From Chrysomallon squamiferum (lineage: Eukaryota; Animalia; Mollusca), in contig CM022674.1 in assembly GCA_012295275.1 (NCBI GenBank), forward strand, positions 10,664,001-10,728,000: a stretch of 64,000 bases of DNA, read 5' to 3'. Of this stretch, positions 27,401-43,573 are shown piece by piece. The notes beneath the pieces are model-generated. The model did no database searches. It saw nothing but the letters and a program-made list of their open reading frames with translations, and had not been told where the DNA came from. Made by a program: the position numbers and the translations under genes. How positions within the stretch are numbered: position 1 is the stretch's first letter; the number at the start of each line of letters is the position of its first letter.

Positions 27401-30400
27401 TATTTCTTTTAGTCATAAAAAAAGGAAGAAACATTTATTTTTATTATGTTATTAAACTTATTTTTCTTCTTATTATTATTAAAACAATAATAATAAGAAG
27501 AAGAAGAAGAATCATGATAAATAACAACAACATAAACAATAACAATAATAACAGCAATAGCAGCAAAAACAACCATAATAATAAAAGACAGAAAGGGAGA
27601 AATGAAAAAACCTAAATAAAAACACAAAAGTGTTTAGAAGAAATTGCTTCCTTTTATATAAATAAAAAAAAAAAATTAAGTATTTCAACATTTTATGAAA
27701 AAAAAGAAAGGAAGGAAGGATTAAGAAAATGTGAGGAAAGAAAAACAAAGTATCAAACACTCAGCATGTGTTCAGTCTAGAGTGGTTCAGATATCATACA
27801 GTATGTTAGAGGTGAAAACTGGAAGCACATAATGGTCTTTCTCAAGTCTAAAAATATTTATAACTGATACAGATCAGAATGCAGCTCATTATCAAAGACT
27901 ATTCAATTTCTTCTAACATAGAATGATGAAGTATGAATGTATGTGTGTAGGTGTATAAATATTAATTTTATGATCATATCATCCTCTTGTGTCTGCTCTC
28001 TTTAATGGAATAATACTTCATCATCATCATCATCATTAATACTATTATTATTGTTATTGTTATTATTGTTATTGTTATTATTATTGTTATTGTTATTATT
28101 GTTATTATTATTAATATTGCAAACAAAGGCCCATTAATATTACAACTGAAAAGCTTATCAACAGTTTAAAGACAAATAACAACTTTAAGATAAATTTAAA
28201 AATTGAGTAATTTAATAACTATTTTATTGTATTGTACTAAACTTACTTAATTTATTACTGTAATAATAAAAAAAAACATTTATTAAATCACTTTCTAATT
28301 AAAATACTGAAAAAAAAAACCATTTATTAAATCATTTTCTAATTAAAATATTGAAAAAAAAAAAACATTTTTCATTTATAAACCTTTATTCTGTATTATT
28401 AAGTAAAAATTATTAAATAGTGAAAGTAACTCAAAAAAAAGAAAAAATGAAATATGTAAAAACACCCAACAGAACAAGATCTTTGTAAGATAACACTGAA
28501 AGGTTTTTAAAGAGAGAAGAAGATTTATAATTGTAAACAGACGTTTGACAAACAATGATGACTGGCTGTATGAGACCTGGGTCACAGACACAGATTCAGC
28601 AGGTAATAACAAGGACATAAAACACTGCAGATTTAGAGATGGATTACGTGTCAGCTAGATTAGTTCTGCTTGATCAGTCAAGTGTAAACACTGCTACTGT
28701 TTTATCTGCTTCAGTTTGAAATTTGCACTTCTTGATGTTAACTTGTCCTTGCATTGTTTTTAGTCTTCACACTGCCTGCCATGAAAATTACTGCCCAAAG
28801 CAGATGTGCATGAACCCCAAATGTTAATCTGAACTTGTCATATTTCTGCTATTCACAATGCTCCTGGCCAAACATTTCTGCATAAAGCAGATATGCACGA
28901 ACCATAGGAGATGCAAACATTAACTTGACTTGTTTTAACCTTTCCAGGTGCAACAAAGAGATTAACTGATAACAAAAATATAAAGTAGCTTGTAAACAGT
29001 TTTCTCTGAACAGTATTAAATTTAAGCAGAGAGCTAAGTTTTAATGTGTACAGGAAATTGATGTCACAGTTCAACTCACTTTCAGAGGTGTGTTATGAAA
29101 CAGCAGCAAATATGTCAGTAAAACCCAAACCTAGATAGTGTTCAGTTTCTGTCTCTCAACCTGCAACATGCAAGCACATGCATTTACATATACAAAGATG
29201 CACATAAACACACACACACACACAACACACACATAACACACACACACACAACACACATTACTTTTAATTATAGATTTTCTTATTCAGGGTTGAACAAAAA
29301 ATGACTAATTCAGTACTTATGGATTTACAACATGACATTCTCCAAATCATTCTCATTTAATCCAGAACTATACAAAATAAAAAACAAATAAAGCTACATT
29401 TTCCTTGGACCTTGAAAGGGAATTAACAGTAAAAAAAAACCCAAAAACATCCCAAAAAAAAAATTTCACTGTTTAACATTAACTTTATAGAAGATTACAC
29501 AAGTCTGGTCAAACAGGACAATAAAAAAACAAAACAAATTTCTGTTTGTGATGTCAATACTGAACAATAACACACAGCTTTGTTTTTTTCTCTTTTATTT
29601 CTCTATTTTTCCTGCTGAATTTTTCAAAAATTGCAAATAAAAGTCAAATTCTGACTTTTTCTTTATTTTCTTTTTTTTACAAGTTAATAATTTTTTAAAT
29701 TTATAAAAAAAAATTAATATTTATTCTTAAATTTTATTTTAAATTATAAAACAGTGTTCTCTTTAAAGGCTGACTTTAATAAATTTTAGATGAAATCTAA
29801 ATGACAAGTTCAAAATACAGTTTGGGGTTCATGCACGTCTGCCTAGGGCAGTGATGTTTAATGACCAGCAGTCTGAACAATAAAAACAATACAAGTTAAC
29901 ATTACACCCTGTCCTCAGTGGTTTTAGTAAGTAAAAAGATATATAAAAATATTTTAAAGTTACATCTTGGATTAATGCAATTATATAATTAACAATTTAA
30001 TATTTATTTAATGACATTTAAAAAAATATATATTAATAAATTCAAAGTGAATATTCTCGTACAGCAGAAATTAAATCATTTTTTTTAATTTTTAAATTTT
30101 TTTTTTTGTGATAATACGTCTAGAAAATTTATCCAGCAATGAATATTATTTGAATATAACACAGCTGGAAGTAGACTTTCACAACACAGTGACACCACAC
30201 AGTGACACAACACAGTGACACCACACAGTGATCTTCTTACTGAAACATTCTGACATTTCCTGTCTCAATTCATTGATCTTCTCATTACATAACAAGAGGC
30301 AGGGGGGGTGAGAAAGTTTTTATCTCAGTCTTGGCTGAGTCATCAGTCTCTATGGTCAGTGGGAATAAAGCGAAATGGAAAACAAATTCAAGAGAGGAAA

Positions 30401-33400
30401 ATTAGGTCATCATTCAAAGAAAAATCATTTGTCTTGTGACTTCACTTGACAGTTTTGAATCATGTTCTAGGCTCTGCAGAAAAACAAAGAGTTCTGCACA
30501 GAGATTATCTATGTCTTCTGTAACAATGTAACATGTAACTGAAAACTAAGTGATTATAACTAAGTTATTTCCCAATCCAACTAGTATCTGATTTCTGTCA
30601 GAGACAGTAAATTGTCTACATAAAATGTCAAAAACAAACAAAACAACCAAGTGAGCTGTTAATTGTTCAAACGAAACAAATCTCAAGTTTGGGGTTAATT
30701 AACAAGGTCAGTGCTGATGTAAATAATAAATACACAAAACTGAAACCTGCGTTTGTTGAAAACACTGCAAGAACACTACTACTACAACTACTACTACAAC
30801 TACTACTACTAACCTTAATAATAATAATAAGAAGAAGAAGAAGAACAATATTACTACTACTAATAATAATAATAATAAGAAGAACAATATTACTACTGCT
30901 GCCACTACAACTAATACTACTAATCTTAATAATAATAATAATAATAATAATACCAACAACAGCTACCACAAGAAACACAAAACAACAATAATAAAAACAA
31001 TATAAATTTACAAATAAATAAATACCAAAATAATTTTTAAAATATAAATTAAATGTTAAAAATAAATAGGCTAGAAAATTAAGTCAGAGATATTAACAAA
31101 GTAACTGAAAACAAACACAAACCATTCTTCTTTTGCACTTGTCCTTTGTCACTGTCTAACATGATTACTGTAATTAGTGATAAACTCTGTAATTACAAAC
31201 AATCGAAGGAAACCAGTGTATCACACGAGTTGTCCCAAAGTTTGAGGTCAGGAATGTGCAACTGTAATCTTTTTAAACAATGAACTTCCAAACTGCCAGA
31301 CCAGAATGTTTTGAAAAATGTTTTTTCTTCTCAAGATTTTTATTTGTCAACACAGTTTTGCCAAATGTTTGTCTGGGCACCACCGAAGGTCATTTCTCAG
31401 TTTTTGTCATGGATCAACTGAAACCTTGAACAGTTTTGAAAATTTGATTTTTTACTAAATCTGTCTTCGGATGGCAGGAGGATTGAAGTGAAAATGTGAA
31501 TAAAACTGTGCAGTGCAAGACAGACTGGATTCTTTAATAAAAAAATCATAAAACACAACTGTTAAACACTGAAACAAGAGTGTATTTAGTTATTTTTAAA
31601 TAAATTTCTATGCAAATAGATATAATATTAACAAAAATAAATGATGCATTTAAATACATTTTTATTTTAAAAAATACCTTTTATTGTAATTTAAGAGTCT
31701 GTTAATGTGTTGAAAACTATGGTACCATATAACCCTTTAGTGTGTGAAATAAATTAGAGAAATTTTCTAATTTTATGTTGAAACTATCAGTTTTGATATT
31801 GAAGTATTATTACTATCTTTGTTTTAAGTTATTTATTTATTTCCGTTATTATTTTATTTATGTTTAAATTTAAAACAATTAGTATATTTGTCTTACTGAC
31901 CCAACTGATAAATGTAATTAAACTGCTATTGATAAATGTAATTAAACTGCTATTGATAAATGTAATTAAACTGTTACTGATAAATGTAATTAAACGGTTA
32001 TTGATAAATGTGATATTAATATTTTCATCTCTGCTCTGACTTGAAAGTGTTCAACTTGAATGATTAAAAAAGAGATTCCTCTGAGGTCAGAGTATACACA
32101 GTATTCAGGGTCTGAATTCAATCCACTAGCTGGTTTCTACTACAAATGAGAGGAGATGTCAGGATAATCAGAGCCTTTTCACTCTAAGTGAGTCATTTAA
32201 ACAGTGCACAGCATACAATCTAACCAATCTCTCTGTTTGACTAGTGAGTGGTAGCTAGTCAGGTCAAATCTTAGTAATGACTTCATCGGTAGACCTAAAA
32301 CCTTCCCAGTCTGTGTCAGAATACTGATCATCAGGCAGTGAGATGAAATGTTAGTAATGACCCGACAAACAAGATTACCAGTCTCTCGGTCTAATGTTAA
32401 ACTACTGACTAATGGGTAGTGAGATCAAAACTTAATAATGACTTCTTAAACATAATCTTACCAGCATCCCTGGTATAAACATTGAACCAGTTAAACTGTC
32501 AATGAGTAAATCTAAGTAATTAATTCTGAGAGAAAGCAGTCATAACATAAAATAAAACACTATTAGCTAGATAGCAAGATCAAACTTGGGTCCCAGCTCT
32601 TTCATTTTAAAATGAACAGTACCTTGATATATATATTTTTTTGTTTACTTGCAATCACACTAAATTATAAAATTAATATCAATAAATAATAATAAAAGAT
32701 ATAATAATATTTACTTTAATGACCTTTAAAATAACAGTTTATTTTCTTTCCCAATAATTTATATATGCCTGGATAGAGATGTATAGGTTTTTTCTGATTA
32801 TGTTAATTAACATGTGTGAATATTATTTATTAGTGTTCTGGGGAATGTGTCAGCTGTTTGGAGACACATCATACTGTGGGTGTGTCTGAGTGCAAAACAC
32901 TTCGTAAGAATCAATTGGTTTATTTCTCTGACTTCTCATTATCATATTAAAAAAGAAAAATTCGGCCTTGGAAGTGAGTACCCCCCCCCCCAGTGACTGA
33001 GATGCTGTGACATTGTCGCTGTACAAACAACTGCAGTAAACTAATCATCTCTGACAACACCTGCCACTACAACTACATGCTATTACTGCTGATGTTTCAA
33101 TGCACTGTTGACTTCAGCGCTGTGCAGACATGTACCACAACGCCTGTGTAACTGTTTGAACAACCACTGTTTTATGATCTGTATTTTAAAAGCAAACTGT
33201 TTTCTACCACGTGTAAGGGATTAAGTCTATAATTATTTTCTCTTTATAAAAACACTTTAGAGCTGCTTGGTTCTAAACTGACCAATCAGAGGCAGCAGTA
33301 AACATCAGTTATACGATATGTCAATATAGTAAGGAAAATGAAAATATGATTTTATATGTTAATAGCCATTTTAATGTTCTAAATAATTAGATGAAACATG

Positions 33401-36106
33401 GATCATAGGATCAAGAATTTCATGGAATTCAGACAGGTTTATTTCCCATTCCTGCCATAGCTCATACATTTCCTGTTAATGGGTAGGAACAGGTCATGTT
33501 TTACTTCTAAAGACCAACTATCCAATGGTTTCTTTTCACATATTATAATTAAAAAAAGCATTAAGCACTGTTATTTGTAGGTTTTTCTAAAAACACATGC
33601 ACTTAGAAAAGAACTAATGAATATGTTTGAATAGAAACACAAAATATGACTTCAGCTTGTGTCTGACTGGTTTTCAACTCATTCCACAGATCTTCCTCAC
33701 TAGTGTTTATCTAAGCTGTACAGTAATCAGTGTATTTTGTTATACTACAGATTTAGACCCAACAGAGAATGTTCTGTCTTCAGACAATATGAAGTGTACA
33801 CATGGAGGAGAATCAATAGGTATTCAACAGACCAGTATTTAACATGCAGACAGCACTGAAAGAAAATAAATTACTTCACATCTCAGTTACAGAAATGGAA
33901 TGAGAAGCTTAAATTAGTTGTCTTGTATACCAAATTATTGTACCAGAGGGGAGGAAAAAATCTATAAAGCTTTGCTGTAGCAAATCCAAGGTTAATCACA
34001 ATAAGGCCAAAGTATTTTTATTTCTTTGTATTTAATCTGAGTATTAAAAAAATTAATCGGAAAATTAATTTAGTTATCTCTATGACAGTTATTGTAAGAG
34101 AGAGAAACAGAAACAAATGGAACCCAAGAAAACTGTTTTAGTAGATCAAAAGATATCTTTTTAACTAATCTGAAACAATAATAAAAAAAATGAAGGTTAA
34201 TTTAGTTATCTGTAGGTAAATTTCCTTTGAAATAGAGAAACAAATTAAATAAAAACTTGTCCCAGGAATAGTAACAATACCAGCCAAATTATGTTTTAAT
34301 ATGAAGGTTAATTTAGTTATTTGTACTGAATAATTATGAAAGAAATCATTACAAAACAGCAAATACATTTCTAAGGCTGTTACAACATAACCTAATATAT
34401 TTTGCTTGTTATGTAACTAAACACTTATTTTATCAAAAAATTATGGACTATAATCACTGCCTTATTTTCCTCAAATTCTGGATCTGCCTTTGTTAGATAA
34501 GAACTTGATTGCATCATACAATAATTATACAGATAAATAACTGACAGACCTAGATATGTTTCTTGTGGTTAGAAACCATTTTTAAAATCATATAACCACA
34601 AACTTTAACAATAATCAAACCAATATACCTGTGTTAAGATCTCAACAATAACTAAACTAAATAAAATAAAAATAATTTTTAGCTTAAGACTAGAAAATCT
34701 ACTGTTTTAAAATGTTGATCATAAGCGTCACAAACAAAGCCTGTTAAACTTGTGCTTATAAAGCACATTTTAAAACAGTAGTTTTGTTGGAACAAAGAGA
34801 GGTATTTTTAGCTAAAATTTTATTATCTCACCCACACAGACTTGTTTCAAATTGTCAACATGATTAATGAGTGTTATTATGACTTCAACACTTCTCTGTT
34901 TTAATAGAAACATGACACTGTTATATGATAATGTTATATGATAATGTTATGTGATAATGTTATATGATCTACGTAATGAAGATGTCTGTGATAAACTGTT
35001 ATCTGATCTACGTAATGAAGATGTCTGTGATAAACTGTTATCTGACTAACTGGCCCACTGATTGGCAACAGGAGTTTGTCTTTGTAACAGTCATCACAAA
35101 AATACAAAAACATGCCCAACTTAGAAACAAGTTGTTCATGTTGTCAAACAACAGCTTAATTCACAGTCATTCATTGTTAGTATGAATTTTCTTTAACACA
35201 CACACCCAAACATACACACAGACACGTGCACACACATATGCATATACAATACCTATTTATATATACAAATATATATACATATCCATGCACATACATATAA
35301 TATATACATCCACACACACACACATAAAGATATTAGAAATACATGCACATTAATGTATGATGTATATGCTCATATAGAAGAAGGCTTAACATGTCAGAAC
35401 ATACTTATCTGGCTGTGGTCACTGTGTGATTCTAGATCAGGAAACATCAAGTGTGGTCCGAGTGTCCTGCAGTGACCACTCATAAACATGTCAGCTGAGG
35501 ACACAGCTGACCCTTGTGATATCCCCCACTTTACTTTTATTTTTAAATATTGAAATCTTATTGGACACTGTGACGGCTTTGTTAGAAAATCTCCACAATT
35601 TGTGTTTGTCAGTCAAAAGAAATAAATCTGCTGGTTTTATTAGTGAATTTACATTTCTCGTAAAGTTGACAGTCAAAGTGAATGAACTGGAAGTGGTTTG
35701 TGAAATTTGTTTAAAAAGGAATTTATCAAAGTTCATTTAATTAGGAATGTCAGGAAGTTAAATCAGAATATCATTGAGTTTAGATAGGAATATCAGTATA
35801 TCAATAGGAATACTGGTAAGTTTACTTAAATATGATGAGCAGTAAATACATTAAAAAAGATTTTTTTTCAAGTAAATAAAATATCAGGAATGTTTATTTA
35901 AACATGGACACTGGTAACTGTACTGACATAGGAACATCAATAGGTTTAAATAGGAATATTAGAAAGTTTGTTTAAGTAGGAATATCAGTTTGATAAGTGA
36001 TTATCTGAATTAGTTAAACAATTGATTTCTTTGTAATAGTCATTATTCAGTATCCATTGCTGAAAAAACCAGTAACAATAAAGGTAAGAATAAATAAATA
36101 AGTAAG

Positions 36107-36137
<31 letters not shown>

Positions 36138-39100
36138 AAATATATTAGTAAATAATCAAGTAACTAAGTAAGTAAGTAAGATTCCCAGCACTAAGGAAAT
36201 GATGTCTAGTGAGTTTCTGCTTTACAAAAACCACCTGAGCCACCTGCCTCTACAACCAAACATCATCTTACCTGAACATCGTTATTTTATCCAGGTAACA
36301 AGAGCTTTGTAAATCTAATTAGCAGACCAAACTGATACAGGATTCACAGATTTACTGACACATCGTCATGAGAAGGTGACACCACGTCACAGGTACACAC
36401 ACCTGAACACCTCAAAGAAATGAGTGAAGAAAACACACCTGCATGCTAATCTCCTCTGACCACTGTCACAAGCTGCAGACAAATGGACGTTAACAGGAAA
36501 AATTAGCCTCTTGGCTAAAGTGACCACAGACTGACCACAAAAGAACTGAAAAATGTTTGGCATACTTGGCTGGTCATGTTTTGTTCTCCTGACCACTGTC
36601 CAGATGACAGAGTCAGTTTCAGAGTGAACAAAAACTACTCAAGTCAGTGAAAACTCAAATCTCTACTTAACTTTATAAGCTAACTTTATAAATACCTGTT
36701 ACATAAATATAAAACCAATACAGACATTGTTAATCATTTTTATTCCTGCATTATTGCTTCATTTAAATGCCTTTATTTATTTTTTAGTATCAAGTTTTTA
36801 TATTAACAGATACATTTATACAAACCAGTTTACTCAAACTCTGTATTAATGGGGTTGGTTGGTTTTATGTTGAATATGAATATAAAATAGTTTTTATAAT
36901 TAGTTGATATTCAGCTCTTGCCAGTAAGTTTAGTTAAGAATGACTTGCTTTTGGCTCTGTTATTAGTTTCTTGTATGAAACAACAAAATAATAAATAAAT
37001 AATAATAATAATAAAAAAAGTAATAATAAATAAATAAATAATGATAATAATAATAGTAATGATGATAGTAATAATAGTAATGATGATAGTAGTAGTAGTA
37101 ATGATGATAGTAGTAGTAGTAGTAGTAGTAATAATAAGAAGAAGAAGAAGAAAGAAATAAAATAAAAATTAAAAATAATGAATAAATGAAACTGCATAAG
37201 ACAAATCCCACTTTAGGTCAAAGAGAAGAATGACCAGCAAATGAGAATTTTATTAAAATGGCCACAGAGAGAAGTACGGAGATGTTAGAGACTGTGTCAC
37301 TTGGCAGTGCTGAGGAGATGTTAGAGACTGTGTCACTTGGCAGTGCTGAGGAGATGTTAGAGACTGTGTCACTTGGCAGTGCTGAGGAGAAAGGTAATGA
37401 GCTGCTGGATGACCTACAAGTGGCAGTTTGTGATCTCCTGACATCTTCCTCACACTGAAATATTGATCTTACAATCAGACTTCACATACTCACCAAACAC
37501 GCTTTGTCAACACCAGGCCTTTCATTGCATGTAACATAGCTTTTTGTAAATGATTTCATAAACATGTAATTTCTAGTAAAATAGTTACTGAGCACATCAT
37601 AAAAAAAAATCTGGTAAACAGTTCTTTTTTAATTTACATGAATATATAATTTCTTTATAACTATTTCAATATTTTTATTTTTGAAATATTCGCTATATGT
37701 ACTATTAAAAAAAATCTGGTAAACATATTTTTTTTTAATATCCCTACATATAATAATTCCTTTACAACTATTTAAATATCTTTATTTTTATATGTGTCAT
37801 AAAAACAATTCTGGTAACCATTTTCTTTTAATATACATGTAAATATAATTTCTTTATATCCATTTAAATATTTGTATTCTAAGTAACAAGAATCATAAAA
37901 TAAATGAATTTAAAGATCATTTCTTAAACACAGCTAGTTAGTTCCAAAATCAGGACAGCACTTACCAAAGATTTTGGTGAAATCATTAATGGAGTACATG
38001 AAACAGTGTGACATATCAGGTCCCTCAAACACTTAACTATAATCCTATCCTTACAAACTGTAATGGAGCACTATCTGGATTGGGAAAAAGGCTAGTCTGT
38101 GGTGTACATGAGAGCAGACACTGATGGATGGATGGAGAACTCTTTTTACGTGCCCATGTCCAATTCAAGGTTCGGGCACACCTATCACGGATCCGATCTC
38201 TGGGATCGCCAGGGATGGGTTCCGGGACAGGATCAGACACCAAAACCATCATGCCTGGAGCCAGGACTTTTATACCAACAACCTTCACCTAGCAACCTTC
38301 TGTTTAAATATTATAATTCCATAGTTTTATTTCTCTAAACTCACCAGATAATTATAAATTTCCCCAAACTGGAATAACAAAACAAAAAGCTACACTGACA
38401 TTTTATATCAAAAAGTTTCTTATTTTTGTTGTTTATTTAAATGTGTTTATTATATTTCATAGCTTTATTTCACTTAAGTCACCAGATAATTACAAATTTC
38501 TAAAACTGAATAATGAAAAACTACACAGACTTTCTGTATTAAAAAGTTTCTTGTTTTGTTGTTTATTTAAATGTATGCATTCCCTGCACTTAGGTCATAA
38601 TAGGGTTATACCTTTCTAAAGACTGAATAACAAAATAAAAGACTGCACTGATATTCTACGTATATTAAAAAGTTTCTTATGTTTGCTGTTTATTTAAATG
38701 TGTATATTACATTCTGTGCCTCTATTTCCTTTAGGTGACCAGGATTATAAAATGTCCCAGTCTGAATAACTAAAGCAAAGAAAACAATGACTTTTTATAT
38801 TAACAGTCATTAGTGTCAAAACCATGTGATTATGAATATGACTGCAATGAACAAAGGAAATTTAACATTTCTCTGTAGAGACTTTACAGTTTCAAACACT
38901 GGCTATAAAAGAAATATTGTAAAACAGTTTAATATAGTAAATAAATTACTATAGAGAATTTGAGATTCTGAAAAAGATTTCCATGAATCTGCCAATGCTG
39001 AGGCACATTGCAAACATTTGTAAGGTGTTTAAGTTTAAGAATAGTTTATTATGTGTTTTCTGTTTTGAGTGTCTATGGTTTGTGTGTGTGCATGTGTGTG

Positions 39101-39197
39101 TGTGTTTATTTATCAGTAAGTGAAAGCATGTATGTATGAATATGTACAAAGCATAAATTTTTATTTAATATATATATGTGTATGTATGTGTCTGTAT

Positions 39198-39242
<45 letters not shown>

Positions 39243-39304
39243 CATGGTACTGCGTGTGTGTATATATAATATAATGTGTGTGTATGTGTGTGTGTGTGTG
39301 TGTT

Positions 39305-39352
<48 letters not shown>

Positions 39353-39414
39353 GCATATAATGAGTGTATATGTGTGTGTATTTGTGTATATGTGTGTGTA
39401 TATGTGTGTGTATT

Positions 39415-39455
<41 letters not shown>

Positions 39456-39458
39456 GTA

Positions 39459-39501
<43 letters not shown>

Positions 39502-40419
39502 GTATGTGTGTGTATTTGTGTGTGTGTGTGCTTGACATTATTTCATGTAAGAGTAATTTAACTGTTATGCTAAAAGAGATTTAAAAGAAAACATTTTGAT
39601 TCAATTTTCCAGTCTACTGGTTTTGTGTGTGCTGCTTTTCTCCACTCACTAAGTTTAATATTACTGAGGTCACCTTCCTATTAACTAAATGTAAATAATT
39701 CTGTGGCTTCCTGTCATGGAGGATGTTGCTGTAGCTATTGTTGTTGTTAAAAACTTTTTTAAGCTTATCAACAAAGTAACAAATTTAAAAAATATAAATT
39801 ACATCAAACATCTGATAAAATAGTAAACAAATGAATTTCATTTCATGAAGTAAATTATATTAAGAGTTAGAATTTGTTTATATATTTTTATGAAGATTTG
39901 AAAAACACCTCTTATCATTCCAGCATTACTGTTAGTAGAAAAGGATCTGAATGCAACTCACAAACACTGGGATATAAACATTTGTCTGCTTTTGTTTACA
40001 CACTGCTATCTGCATTTTCTATAATGTGCACTAAGTCTACTGTTTTCCACATGTTCTGTATGTTTAGTTGTCTACACACTGTCTACTGTCTACATTATTT
40101 TATAAGGTTTACATGTCTGCATATTCTGTATGTTTAGTTGTCTACACATTGTCTACTGTCTACATTATTTTATAATGTTTACATGTCTGCATATTCTGAG
40201 TCTACATATTCTTATGTTTAGTTGTCTACACACTGTCTACTGTCTACATTATTTTATAAGGTTTACATGTCTGCATATTCTTAGTCTACATATTCTGTAT
40301 GTTTATTCATCTTCTGTGCTTTTCTTTTATGTTACCTTATCCTTTTTGTGCCTGTATATATGTTTACAGCTGTTTTCATATACAACTGACTAGTTTATGT
40401 TTTCTAGTATTGTTTACAA

Positions 40420-40489
<70 letters not shown>

Positions 40490-41762
40490 ACAAACATACA
40501 TGTACAAAAAAAAAACATAAATGCAAACATAACAATAATGTGTTTATGTGTTTATACAGGTATGTGTATTAGTAATATTAGGATCTGAAGGAGATCAAAG
40601 ACACATGTGACATTTACTCTGTGACTGAGGCTATAAATAAGAATTTATGTGAAGCGATTCATCAAAACAAGTCTGCTGCTGATGAAAACAAGTGTTTTAC
40701 AAACCCACTGAACCAGAAAAAAACTGACACGGTCCATGACAAAGTGTAAATAACTTACAGTACAAATGTAACCCAAAGGTTTGAGTTGCCAAGCATACTG
40801 AAACTTATTTATTTGTTATCATTTTATATATAAAGTGTTTATTTTGTTTAAATGCTTCAAAAGATGTATATAAAAAGAATAAAACTTACTAAGCATGCTC
40901 ATACATTATTTAAATAAATAAATAAGTAAATTTTAAAAATTGTTTGATATCTTTCCAATTTATGTTTTATATATATATATATATAGTTTATTAAACAAAT
41001 ATTATTTGAAATATTAGTATGTACATTCTCTTAAATTTCAACAGCTGGATTTTAAATTGATCTGGAAATAATATCATGGTTTTTAGTTAACCAGTGAAAT
41101 ATCAATATCTAATGAAAAAAAGGGTTGGATTGGACAAAAACATCAATATATCTATTTTGTTAAGCTGCAATTTTTAAATTTTAAATTGACCAGGAAGTAC
41201 CATTTTGAGCTTGTTTTGGGGGGTTTTCATTATCAGAGAAAAACTTACCAGATATAAGACAGGTGGGAAAGAATGTCAGAATGTACTATTTTAAAATTTT
41301 AGTTTTAATTTTTATATAGACCTGGAAAATACAAATTTTAAAACAGGGTTGTGTTGGGAATGTGTCACTGGTTTTAGATTTGTTATTGAATTTTGAGGTG
41401 AAAGACTCAACACCTGGAGACTCAATTAAGGTGAAACTGCAGGTGAACTGTCAGTTCTGAACAGAGTGAAAAGAAAAACAAAATCTATATTTAAGCTGTG
41501 TGAGTATAAAATCAATTACAACCTGATCCAAGAGGAATATCCCAAGTGAAAACAACATAATTAAACCTTCAGCTAGCAAATACTTTAATGAGCTTTAACA
41601 GACAAAGCATGTGTAGCATTCTGTTAGTGCTATTGCTTTTTTGTGTATTTTTAAATATGTTTGTTTCAAAAGGAGTGAAAAAAAAAAAAAAAAAAAAAAA
41701 ATACCCCCCCAAAAAAGATTAAATTAAAGTTTTAGAAAATTTAAAAATGGGAACTAAATACA

Positions 41763-41806
<44 letters not shown>

Positions 41807-41808
41807 AG

Positions 41809-41882
<74 letters not shown>

Positions 41883-43515
41883 AAACAAAAATAATCTTTC
41901 AACATTTTTCCAAATAAATTATATAATTTGAATTGTAACAAATTCCTATAAAATAAAAAAATTCTGAATACAGCCACAATTTTATATCTTAAAATAGCCA
42001 TTACTGTTTCAACATACACAAGCAAACAATAAATAACACATCCTTGTTGTTTGCAATAAGTTACTTATAATGATGACAGCAAATTTAAAACAAATAATAA
42101 CAATAGTAGTAGTAATAGTAGTAGGAGTATTAATAATAGTAATAATAATAATCCCCAAAATCCATTTAATGTGTATAATTTAAATACATGAACGTTATAA
42201 AAGTAAAAAAAAATAAAAGGTTACCTGTGAGAGCGACAGTGTTTTGTGAATCGAAAGCGTCAGTGAACTTGTGTTTGAAAGTGAGAGGGACATTTTCTAC
42301 GGCGGACATGATGTAACGTTTTGTGTCAGAACTTGCAGATTCAGATCATAGCCGGCAGTCAGCAGTCATCTCCTTGTGTCACAATCCACTGTGATCCAGC
42401 TGTTGTCACAATCCACTGTGTTCTTGTCCTCAGTGACAATCTGCACACACAGCAAATACAAAAAGCTCACAGCTACCTCTGTTATGTCAGCATGCCCTGT
42501 TTGTCAGCAGATCATCTGCCTCGAGTGATATACAACATACCCAGGTGTCTATGCATAGTACATCTACCCTCACACGCCACTATCAGTTATATGTGACAGT
42601 CTGTAAGTTGTCTGTGGTCACTCTACTCATATATCACATGGCCATCAAACAACCTGCTTTCTTACAACACCTATGCTGAGTAAAAGCATTTATCCGATTG
42701 GTTGACACTGAATACAGCCTGTTCTGATTGGCTACATCTGTATGTGAGAGAGAGACGCGAGCCTGTGTACATAATGACAAGAAGTGGAATATGACAAAGA
42801 TAATTCATATTCAGTGCATAGCCACACACAACAGGTATTGATTTTCCTCTCTCTCCGACAAAGGCAGCGTATTTACTTGTTCAGTTCTTTGTGATTTAAC
42901 ACATTTTTCACTTGAATACGCTGCATCCCATGTATTTAGAATCTGACCAAGCAGCACTCAACTCTGCTGTTCAAATGTATCACCTTAGAGTAGCCTGTTG
43001 CTGACTGAGAAAACATATTTAAAAGAATGACAAAATTAATAAATCAAAGAAAAATAACCAAGACTATTTGTCAGTAATAATATTAATGAAATCTGTATCT
43101 GTGTTCTGTTTGTAAATATGTTTAAAATTCTGAAATACTCTGATGTTTGATTCTTTTCTATGTCAAAAAAAATAATAAAAATAAAATTTAAATGACAATC
43201 TGCAACTCGTTGTTGATTGTTGTCTATCAACTCAGTCTAAAAACTCATTTGCGTTAGTCAAAGTAAAATGTCACACTGTCCTCAACATTAACAAATACAG
43301 AATATAAAGAAAATTTCCAAAATCCAAATAATATAAGGATATGTCTTAAATTAAGGATTCCGGAAGTTGCTGAGAAAACAACTTAAGTACATACAGTCAT
43401 AATTAAATCTCATTAAAATAAAACTAAATTTCTGCATCTGAAAGATAGTCCATAAAATATATACTCCAAATTTATAACTATGCAAACTATTAGATAGACA
43501 CACATTTAACTGGTC

Positions 43516-43573
<58 letters not shown>

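Noticed and set aside
36272-36596. Strong CAG|gtaaga donor and nearby ORF 36387-36596
   Set aside because: The phase-1 frame has a TAA four codons before the donor, and the ORF has no recognisable homology; at most a non-coding exon
38037-38338. Three overlapping ORFs as a small nested gene
   Set aside because: Openness is explained by a GC-rich repeat remnant; no recognisable protein motif
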